DNA from: Vitrella brassicaformis CCMP3155
Lineage: Eukaryota; Protista; Chromerida
Direction: 5' to 3'
DNA length: 64,000 bases
NCBI GenBank assembly: GCA_001179505.1
Contig: CDMY01000249.1
Coordinates: 1 to 64,000 of the forward strand
Shown: positions 21,663-32,417 of the stretch, one piece after another
Numbering within the stretch: position 1 is the first letter of the stretch
Layout: the number at the start of each line of letters is the position of its first letter
Notes under the pieces: model-generated
Seen by the model: only the letters and a program-made list of their open reading frames with translations
The model's database searches: none
What the model was told of the DNA's origin: nothing
Program-made: the position numbers and the translations under genes

Positions 21663-21777
21663 CTCGACTGCTTCCGTCCTTGCGTCGAGTCAAAAGTTGC
21701 TCACTGGCATGCAGTCTTTGGCCCCCAGCCCCCAGGCGTTACAGTTGGATGGCGTCTTGTTGTTTAGGCTGCCCGGG

Positions 21778-24418
21778 ATGAGGTCTGGCGCTGTCGGGCT
21801 TATCTTTGCTGCTGTCTTGCAGCTGGCGAGGAGTCAACAACGGATAGAAGCGCCTCAGCCCTCTCTGAATGACATCATCCCCGGCAACACCACCGCTCTC
21901 AGCGTCCAGGGCCTCAAGCGCCTCACCAACTTCCTCCCTGTCGACGATCGGGTCTTCTCGCGCGCGGCAGAGTCGGGCGTCGTCTACATCCACCCGCTGC
22001 CCGACACGGAGGACATCTCACCCAACACGACCATCGCCATCTCTTTCGACAGGCCATTGGCTGCCGAGGCAGTGAAGGGCAATGTGCGGGTGAGGGGCAG
22101 CAAAACGGGCGGCCATGGAGGGACGCTCGATCTCGGCGATGACAAGAAGACCATCGTATTCGAGAGCCGCCGGCCGTTCGCACTTGGCGAGGCTGTGACG
22201 GTGACGGTTGACCCCTTCCAATCGTCACGGCAGGGGCACAGAAGCAACGACATCTACATTGAGGGCTACCAGTGGTCATTCAAGATCGCCGAGGAGATGC
22301 CGGCCGAGCTGACTGAGCGCTTCCCTTTCATCCCGTATGGCGCTCGCGAGGACAAGGACGTCTACGCCCCGCCAGCCCCCGCCCCCGCCCATCCCGACGA
22401 TGGGCGGTCGGAACCACACGGCACACGGGGCATCTTCAAGACTGTCGGCACCGTCCCGGAGATCATGGTCAGAGTGCCCAGGATGGCCAACAGCACCAGC
22501 AGGGGCTACATCTTCACCGAGACCATTGCGGATCCCTCCAACACGATCAGGAGCTCGCTGATGATAATCGACGACAGTGGCCAGCCGGTGTGGGTCAAGA
22601 GGCTGCCGGCTAACCACGGCTGGCGGGGCTGGAGCACGAGAGACCTGAAGGCGCATCCTGCTGGTCTGTTGAGCTTCCACTCACCGCAGAGGGAGGGCTT
22701 TGTGGTGCTGGACAAGACCTACACCGAACTGCGTGTCATCAAAGCAAGAGGGTGAGTGGTGGATTGGACACTGCAGTACGTGCACACACGCACACGGACC
22801 TTATGCCTTGTCATATCCTGTCGTGTCATGCAGATTCCGTACGAATGATCACGATGTGCAGATCCGCGACGACGGCCGCGTGTTGGTCATGGGGCACGCT
22901 CTTCGCCACGGGGTCATAGGGATGATTGTGCAGGAGCACGACTCTCAAGGGCGGGTCGTATTCCAGTGGTCTTCATGGGACCACCTGTGAGCAAGGAAAA
23001 GGCACACACAGCTCAGCTGCCTGTTCATCTCGTGCGGTGTGTGGCGTGTCAGGCCGAATCAGTTTGACGACACCCGTGGGATGCGGACGCCCAACGACTT
23101 CTGGGACCACCTCCATCCCAACGCATGCTCGTGGGCACCCGACGGCGTGAGCACAACCGCACCACACACCAACAAACCCACTCTCTGTTGCTATGTTTTT
23201 CCGTCGCTCAGGACATCGTCATTTCACTGCGGCACACGTCGCAGGTACAGAGACTATGTCATACAGCACAGCACAGGTCGGCCGTACCCCCTGTCTTTCT
23301 CTGTGTGCCCTCCCATCAGGTGGTGAAGATCAACCGCAGGAATGGCAAAGTCCGCTGGCTGCTGGGCGGCCGCTCAAGCCACTTCACCTTCGCCAATGAC
23401 CACGGCTTTACCTACCAGCACGACGCACGGATGCCCAGCCCACACACACTGACTCTATTTGACAACGGCAATTTTCACCGTCCTGAGTTGAGTCGGGCGG
23501 TCGAGTATCGCATCGACGAGGCGAGGATGGTGGCCACCAGGGTGTGGGAGTACAGGAATGACCAGCGCACATTCGGCGCCGCCACGGGCAACGTCCAGGT
23601 GAGCGGAGAAAATGGCTGGCTGCAAAGAAGACGGGCAATCACGTGCTGTTCAATGGTGTCTGTGCTCAGACGCTGGCGAACGGCAACAAGGTCGTATCAT
23701 GGGTGAGGTAACATATATACCTGACATACACCGCACAAGAGGGCCGTCACTTTTGCATTTTTCTTATTCTAGGGGGGATTCTTTGAGTCGTTCCCTGATG
23801 ACGCCCCTTTCTACACGGAGGTCACACGTGGAGGGCAGAAGGTCCTCGAGATGAGTTTCGTCAACAAGAGATTCCAGGTGTGTACTTGTGTTGTTGTTGT
23901 GCAACGCCCATGCCCCTCTGTGTGTGTTGTGTGTGTGTGTGTGTGTGTGTGTGGGCCTCTTGTGCAGCTGCAGGCTTACCGATCGTATCGGTTCCACTGG
24001 GAGGGTGCGCGGCCAAAGACCCCACCCCAGCTGAGACTCACACAGGCCGAAGACAGGCTGTTCTACAGCTGGAACGGAGACACAACCACACGCACATGGA
24101 GGGTCGGTCAGCCTCAAAACAGACACCCACACCCAACGACGCCGGTCATGTGTTGTGGCGCAGGTGATAGCTAATGGTGCAGTTATCGACGTCCACGACA
24201 AGACGCTGTTCGAGCACTCGACCGTCCTGCAGAACGGCAGCCGGGCAGGCCAGTGCATCACCTATCAGGTGGTAGCGCTGGACGCTGCCGGCCAGCGGAT
24301 CAGGGCGTCCAATCTCGTGAAGTCGAGTGCATGCGGCAAGGGCAGCCAACCAGGCGGGAAGGGCAAGGGGCGGCGGGGGCAAGGGCGACAGGAGACAGCC
24401 GAGGGGAAAGGCACGTAG
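21778..24418 (+). CDS. Secreted arylsulfotransferase (ASST-family beta-propeller) with an N-terminal Ig-like domain
   Basis: Signal peptide MRSGAVGLIFAAVLQLARS. Ig-like ISPNTTIAISFDRPL..TIVFESRRPFALGEAVTVTV. ASST motifs NDHDVQI, FQWSSWDHL, DHLHPNA, ISLRH, YQHDAR, TLFDNGN, SRAVEYRID, GNVQ|TLANGNKVVSWG, AYRSYRFHWEG. Split by canonical introns. Confidence 0.88.
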
Positions 24419-25361
24419 AAGAGGGCCAAGACGGCACCAGCACGAACGGCAGACTAGATGATCACTGCACTGAAGGATCATTGGATTGCGCTGTGGATGG
24501 CGGGCGGCTGCCGTATGTCAATGGAGCAGGAGATGATGGGAGAGAAGACACGTATGCAGCTTTGTGTAGGGCCATTTTTGGTGGAAGATGATGAGATTGA
24601 ACTTTTTTGTTGCGATGCGATGCGATGCTGTTTGTGCAGTGAGAAGGCGGGCGCTTTGTTGGTCGCTGCTCTGTACTTGTTTCATCCATTCATGTTTAAT
24701 GGCATTATGTGCTCGGAAGCGCTTCGGTGCCGATAGACAGAGGCTGAGGCAAACAAAGTGAAGTTCTTTTTTTAATCTGTACTCTGCACATAGCTCGATG
24801 CCATGTTTGGTCACGCCTTTTGTAGCCTGTAGTGCACCGCCCCACGCAATATTGATGGGGCACATACACGTCTCGTCCCTGTATTTGTGTGCCTGTGTGC
24901 ATGCTGTCATTCGTTCTTTTTGCGTGTACTAGGCCAGGGTTGGTTAGTGAAAAGTGAGTGTGGCAGTCAACGCCAGCTAAACACATGATGTCTGTGTCTC
25001 CTCCCTCTTTGTCATCAGTGTAGTTGATGCGCGACTAGCTATGCAGAGGCCACTATATTGGTGTGGCCATTGGATAGTCCGTGCTTCAATGACATCTGGT
25101 TACGGATGAATCAAATGCCTGATGTCCTCGGTTCCCTATTCCCACCCGCCCACCCACAGAAACACACAGAAACACACACAGACACACAGACATGAGAATT
25201 TATCCCATGACGAACAACACGGACTCAATCAATCGAGACACACGTTGCTCTTCCGCCCGCACGCAGGCTCTAAGCGACAAGACGGACAAGAGAAACAAAC
25301 ATGTACCCACAGACCTACCAACACAACAGACACTCGATCGACCGCCAAACTAGAAACTCTT

Positions 25362-27000
25362 TCAGCGGTAAAGATCTAGTACGAAAGCAGCGAGGCACAA
25401 CATAGCGCTACAGTTAAGAATGAGCCTTGGGCCTTCAGTCTGCAGCCACGACCGCCACCCTGGGTAGAACAGTATCACTCCGATCACATATGCGAGCAAT
25501 GGCGTTTTTATGAGCTCGCTAGCACATTCTGCCAGCCTCCTGGCTGTCTCTGATATTTCTCCCCAGTCGATCTTGTGAAGCAAGCTCTGGCACTGCCTCA
25601 CGATCTCAACGACAAAGTCGCCGACTTTCTCTGTGAAAATGGAAGAGACCCGAGACATACTTTGAATACGGTAGAGAGGTATACCTTGCAAACCTGATAT
25701 TTTGTCGATGTCTGCCGTCTGAGCAAATGAAGTCATCTGCCTCACTCGAGAATCCAACAAATCACGCGCGTCTGCCTTTTTTCCCTCGATGTCGTCCATC
25801 TGTTCCGCGAGCGACTTGACGCCCATGTCTAACCAAGAGGATGGAAAACCAAGCCGGGCAGTCATCTCCTCGTGATCCTCATGAGGGAGGAGCCAGCTTT
25901 CAATGTCCGCAAGCCCTGAAACACATTATCCACAGGTACATGCTCTCTTCATATGTCTACATACCTTCTGTCACATCCTTTAACTTGGTGTCCGCCTCAT
26001 CTGCATCCCACAGCTCCACGTCTGGCAGCCAGGCTGCTACCATGTCAGGCATTGTTGACGCGTACTCAACTATTTCTGTCAGGTCTTCTTGAGGGACATT
26101 CATCTGCTTGGCGACCTCACGGACTACTTCGAGGCCCTTCGCAACAAGAGCCCCACAGACTGGCTTGATTTCGTCACGATCGCACATGCGCTGTTCAGAA
26201 TCGAATGCGCGCTGCAGAGCGGGAAGCACCAGAATCATGTGAAGAATAGATGAAGAATAATGACCACCTACCAGCAGCTCTCTGGCCAACTCGATTCCAA
26301 GGCAGATGAGTGATTCGAGACTATGATGTAGCGTCTCTTCGCCACTTGTTTGCCAGGCCTCCTCGATTTTGCCACGCGCCTTCAAGGTCAGCTGAACGGG
26401 CATCTGATTGAGATGGCCGAGGTCCTTGCTATCGATCGTAGCGGCAAGTTGCTGTAGTCGGGTGTTGGCTCTACAACAGCTCAGACAATGGGGATATTTG
26501 CTTCCTGCAGTGCAGTGCAGTCCTTAAACACCTGTCGATGATTGAGAGGAACTTCTTTACTACGAACTCAGGATCGAGATTCAGTATGCAGTCCCCTGAA
26601 CCACACAAAGCAAGTCATACACCTACATGGACCTCTATATCGCTTACTGGCGGGTCGCATCGCTTTTCTGAAGAGCTCCTTTGCTGCAGCCTTTGTTTTC
26701 TTCTCATCGAGGTTTGCGAGATAGTCTTGCACGTTCTTCAGGGCGTCCACGACCAGCTCGGCAAGGCGTGCACGACTCTGCATCCACACAGACAGATGGG
26801 CAAGTATGGAAACTATAAATACTGCAGCCGACCTCGCCACTGTCGATCTTCAGTATTGCTGCATTCTCAGCATGTCCAGCACGCTTTTCAGCCATTGAGT
26901 TGCCTTTTGCAGGAACCCCTTTTCGTCGTTCTCCAGCAATTTTGTGTTCATGAATGCCGTCTGTAGCTCCATAAGTATACTCTCAAACCCGTCGAGTACC
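25362..27000 (-). CDS. Hypothetical helical protein with hydrophobic C-terminal segments; possibly the 3' end of the ankyrin-MORN gene
   Basis: Long open frames 25362-25865 and 25957-26403 with protein-like helical composition, ending TPLLAYVIGVILFYPG..LILNCSAMLCLAAFVLDLYR*. Upstream exons LAELVVDALKNVQDYLANLDEKK and VLDGFESILMELQ. No family recognised. Confidence 0.5.
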
Positions 27001-27289
27001 TACAAAAGGGAGAAGAAGATCCTGTGATATCAAAGTATTCTTCTCGCATGCCTTCTGAGCCAATCCGATTGAAGCGAGACTTGCTGCATCCACATGCATA
27101 CAGCACATACAATCGATGCATGAAAAAGCGTCACGTGTCCCTGCCAACTAGTACCTTGCGGTGATTCGCGGCTTTCTAAGCCGTGTATGTTCCCCTGTGC
27201 TGATGTTCTGTACGTCTGCATCAACGTTCGAATCTCGGGCTTTGCTTTTGCCTCATCCCATGGCGTCTCTCCCTGGTGACGGAAAGAGA

Positions 27290-30200
27290 AACATCAAGCT
27301 TCCATTCCTTATAAATCTGAGTACACTTACAAGGTTGTCCTTGATTTCCAGGAGAGATGCATCGCCCACCTCGAGCAAAAATCGCACTGCTGATTCATGA
27401 CCTCTCTTGGCAGCCTCGTGAAGTGCTGTCTCGCCCGTCTGTGTATCTCACAAACGGACAAGAACTGCGATGACAGCCATTCTGTGCACCTGCGTGTCTC
27501 TCACATTGTCCTGATGAACGAGTATGTCTCGGCCCTTTGTGTCAAACATGACCTTCAGCACGTCCACATGACCGTACCGAGCTGCTCTCATAAGAGACGT
27601 CATTCCAAGCTGCATTCCCAATGCACTGACAATCGACACGAGGGTACGATGCATTCCGCTGGTGTCTCCTACCCTGCTTCGTGCATCGAGCAGCTCGGAG
27701 CCGCCGCATCTCAGCAAAAACTCGATGGCTGCAACCTGACTATTGATGGCAGCCAAGTCCATGGCTGTGATACCGATCTACATTTCATGACATTCAAAAC
27801 AGCACTTATTCACCGGCAGCAAAGAGGATTTTTCTCAATTTGGACCTTGTCCGATTGCTGTAGTATCGATTGCTGCTTTTCGTACATGGCTTCCATGACA
27901 GCGACTTGTCCCTTCTCCGCAGCCACGAGAAAGGGTGAGTACCCGAACTCGTTTCGTTTCTCGAGTATGCCCATGTCCTCAATGAGCAAACGAACGACGG
28001 ACTGCGCATCGCCGGCCTTGACGGCTTCGAAGATATTAGTCTGCGGTCGCCAAGGACGCCGACACAGATCCGATGGTCCCTGATTGCATGTGCTCTTGTG
28101 TGTCTGTACGAATTTGATGTTTGGCGGCTGTGGTGACGCCGGTCGGCTGCCGTGCCCTTCCTGGGGTTCTGCACGAAACACAACATTAGATGCTGTACCG
28201 CGTATAGAAGACAGACCTTTTTCCGTCAGCCATTCTTTGAACTGGCCGCATTCCCATATGCCTTCCCTCGTTACACCTGCATGAAGAAATACGTGTCTCC
28301 ATGTAGAGTGCCTTTTGCTGTTGTGTGGATACATACCTTCTTTGTCAGTGTATTTTCCCTTGCCATGCTGCTTGCCATCCTTACACGCCCTGATATACCA
28401 GAAAGGGACGTGTCACATCGAATGGGTTTAGTGACGTATGTGTGTCTCTCATGCACCTCGTAAGAGTTGCAGCCGGGCCACGAGAACTTGCCCCATCCGT
28501 GTTTCTTGTCCTCATTGTACTGACCCTCATGACAACGGCCGTCAGGCCATCTGTAAGTCCCCGATCCGTGCATGTGGTTCTGCGCCCACTGTGCTCATAC
28601 ATGAGAAGACGGCGTAGCTATTGTTTGGATGTATGTGTGTGTGCTGTGTATGACCTGTCCTTTGTAGAGGCGTCCGTCAGCCCATTTGTAGGTGCCCTCT
28701 CCGTGTATGTCGTCGTTAATGAATTGGCCCTCGTATGTCTTGCCATCAGGCCACGTGCACATACCCTTACCGTTCTTCTTGTTGCCCCTGCATCCACGCA
28801 ACCAAACAAAGCACAGCAACAGGCGAAATCGTGTGTGTGTCTAACGTGGCCGGCTGTCTTGTGAGTCGACACATACTTGTAGTATCCCTTGAATGTTTGT
28901 CCGCTGGAATACTTTTCGATGCCATAGCCTTCCTGCTTGTCCTCCACCCAATCGCCCTCGTATCTGCAGCGCTCATGACAAATTTGCCTGCTCCCTTCCC
29001 CTCTATCCTCACGCACTTGAGCTTACCTGGATCCATTGGCATGTGTATATGTGCCCTTGCCATGTCTCTCGCCATCCTTCCACTCGCCCTGATATACCAG
29101 AAAGGGACTTGTCACATCGAATGGGTTTAGTGACGTATGTGTGTCTCTCATGCACCTCGTAAGAGTTGCCGCCGGGCCACGAGAACTTGCCCCATCCGTG
29201 TTTCTTGCCTTCGTGGAAGTGCCCCTTATAACAACCGCCGTCAGGCCAAGTGATGACACCCTCCCCGTTCCTTTTGCCGCCCCTGCACAATCATGTGCGT
29301 CTCTTGTGTCGCTGACTGATTGACTGTGCGTGCCCACTTGAAGCATCCCTTATATATTGATCCGTCTGCCAACGACTCGACACCATAGCCACCGTACATG
29401 TTTTCCGTCCAATCATCTTCATAGCTGCAGTATATACAACAAACCGGCTTGCTGTCTTCTTTCAACTGTCTCTTTCGATCCTTCCTCGCGCACCTTGATC
29501 CGTTAGCATACGTGTATTTGCCCTTTCCATGGTACCGGCCGTCCTTGAAGTCGCCCTCGTACACGAAACCGCTTCTGTCTGTGAGCTTCCCGGTGCCCTG
29601 CGTGCACCACGAAGCACCACTCGTGTCAGCCTATATATCCGTCCTTTGTCAGCAGCTCACGTTGTACTGATTGTCTTTGACTTGTCCTTCGTATTTTTGT
29701 CCATCTGGCCGTTCCAACACACCGTAGCCGTCGAAGACACCACCAACCCACTCGCCCTCGTACTTATCGCCTCCTGCAATACCGAGCATAGTCACAAGCA
29801 TAGCAATCTTGCCCATGAGTGGCATTTTCAAGTACCAGCAAGCACTACAAGAGGGCTCTTTTCCCTTGTCTTTGAGAAGGAGAGCTGCATTCACCGCTTC
29901 ATATGAGTTCATGAGTGTGTACGTGTTTGGTGTCTGGTTGTGGCGCCGGAGCTGGTGTGAGAGTGACTGCATAACCGATCAACGGGCATTCATACACAAG
30001 ATGATCAAGACGTGGTCACTTTGTTCACGTGCAGACCTCCTTGCTGCTTGTACTTCTCCATGACTTTTCTGATGCTCGGCTTCTGCGCTCCTATGTCCCA
30101 CGGGGTCTGCCCCTTTTACATCAATGAACATATCGAGCCATCGAGTCCATTGCGCGGTGGGATAGTTGAACGAACGCTTACATTGTTGTTTTTGACGTCA

Positions 30201-32094
30201 AGTGGGGCACACCAGTCACAACTGACCCATCCAGGAACACAAACACACAGAGACAGACAGAGAGAGAGTGCGGATGAGAAATTCGCCAGTCATTCATGTC
30301 GCTCACAGCTGAGACACAGCTTCAGTGCGGTCCCAGAGTGCAGCCTGATGGAGTGCCGTGTTCCCATGCTGCGTGTCCCATGAATACACAGAGAGGCAAT
30401 CAAGCAGTGAGAGAAGGTCCTCTTGTTTTACATTGTCCTTTTGTGTGAGTAGGTCCTTTCGTTTGGCGAACATAGCTTTCATCGCAGCAACATCACCCTT
30501 GTAGGCAGCATCGATGAATGACGTGCTGCCAAGCTGAAACCAACGCATACAAAATCGACAGGTTTAGGCATCAGAGACATATGCGTGCTCGGTTACCCAA
30601 TCGCGTGCGTCTAGCTGTTTGGGATCCCACGCCAGCAGCTGCCTGACGACTGCGAGTCTACCCCACCCGACAGCCACATGCATTGCAGTAGAATGGCTCT
30701 GTGAAAAATCGTCAAAGTTGTCGCAGCGACAAAGATCCTGTCCTGTATTGGTACCAAGCCTGTCTGCTCCAAAATTGGTGGCCCGTAGCGATCATACATG
30801 ACCGACATAATGTCGACGTCGCCGTTACGTGCAGCTGCTATGAAAGGTGTGTGCTGAGCAGCCATGAGGAATGTACAGACCATTGAGTCCGCTTGTGGGT
30901 CCGACGATTGCTTTTACCCCAAGAACTTTGTCTCGTGTGTTGAGTATCTCTATTTCGCCTTGTGTAATCAGGTGAGCGACGGAGTGCTTGTTGCCTGCCT
31001 CCACGGCCTCGAAGATGCTCTGCATTCATTAATGTTGCTTACTGGAATCCATGTAGGCGGTGGAATCATTCCCTTCTCGTACCCCAATCGTGTATTTCTC
31101 CATAAGCTGTCGAATATCAGGCTTTCCCTCACTAAGATTTCACGCGTTCTTCCCCTTTAGGGACAGAGAAGAAAGGAATGCGCGCTGTCACAGTCTGTGT
31201 GCACTCACCTTGTTGTTCTTGATTTTCAGAATGGACGCCCCGCCGTCCCACTCGAGCCTAGTCCATTCACGCAGGAAGAGAAAGAAAAGATAAGCCATTC
31301 GCATCATTCGCCGGTGTCTCACAGCTGATCCACAGCCGCAGTCTTATTCTCCGTGACAGCCAGATGCAGTGCCGTACAGCCGTCTTTCGTGTTCATGTGT
31401 GTTTGTCATGAACACAATCAAATTAGAGAGGACACGCAGAAGAGCACATGCCGGAATTTCGGTGTTGCTCCGCCCGTGTCTCTTACATTGTCCTACTGTG
31501 TCAGTATCTCTTGCCCCTTTTTGTCAAACATAGCCTTCAAAACATCGACCTTTCCATACATGCCAGCAACGATGAATGGCGTGGCAGCCCACTACAATCA
31601 GCAGGCACATGCACGGCAGTCGAGGGCGTCAGAGACGTGTGTGCTCTATTACCAGTTTCGTGCGTGCATCGATTAGCTTGGGATCCCACTCCATCAGCTG
31701 ATTGACAACGTCAACGTGATCTCTGATGGCGGCCACATGCAGGGCACTCCAACCGGTCTGAATCCGTCGGAGTCAAGGCATCTGATCAGCGTTGGCTCTT
31801 TAGTGTGTTCGTACTCCGTTTGTCTGCTGCACGACTCGCGGCTCTTTGTCATGCATAATCCGCATGATGCCAATGTGGCCTTCACGTGCTGCTACAAGAA
31901 ATGGAAGGTCCTAGGAAAGTGAGGAGACACAGAACACTGAAAACATATCTGTCGTACGCACAATTGTATACCTCTCCGGATCCGCCTCGTCTCTCGAGAA
32001 TCTCGTTGCTATGGCGTGAGAGAAGCTCATCTACAGACCCTTCGTCGCCGGCCTCCACGGCCCCAAAAATGTCAAGCTGGCATATGACCAGCAT
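27290..32094 (-). CDS. Ankyrin repeats - MORN repeats - ankyrin repeats; contains an in-frame TAG, possibly a pseudogene or more than one gene
   Basis: Ankyrin blocks begin LDIFGAVEAGDEGSV (32094), QSIFEAVEAGNKHSV (31025) and TNIFEAVKAGDAQSV (about 28040). More than ten MORN-type units, e.g. YEGEWVGGVFDGYGVLERPDG, YEGDFKDGRYHGKGKYTYANG, YEGQFINDDIHGEGTYKWADG. TAG at 31493-31495 in ILTQ*DN where a sister exon reads LTQKDN. Confidence 0.75.
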
Positions 32095-32417
32095 AGCGAG
32101 AGCTCAACGACGTATGGCACCATGGTGTCTGCCAGACCGTTTGCTTTCTCACGTGTTTGACTTGTGGTTGCTGAGCGGCGAGTGCTGCATTACAGTGATA
32201 GCGAACACAAAATCAAATCTTTGTCTCGTACATACGCACCTGCTTGCTCTGATGGAGGTAGATGCTAACATAACATTGCAGGTCAACCAAACCATTTGGC
32301 ATGTTCTTCTCTCTGACTAGACATAGCGCTTTTCCGTACCATGCTCTTGTGCTCTTGATCTGTGGAGCGTGCGAGCTGCATGGAGGAGATAATGTCTCAT
32401 GCCGCGTGCGTGCCGGA

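Noticed and set aside
21328-21777. N-terminal 150 aa of ORF 21328-22755
   Set aside because: Antisense to GAS8 exons. The credible start is the signal-peptide ATG at 21778.
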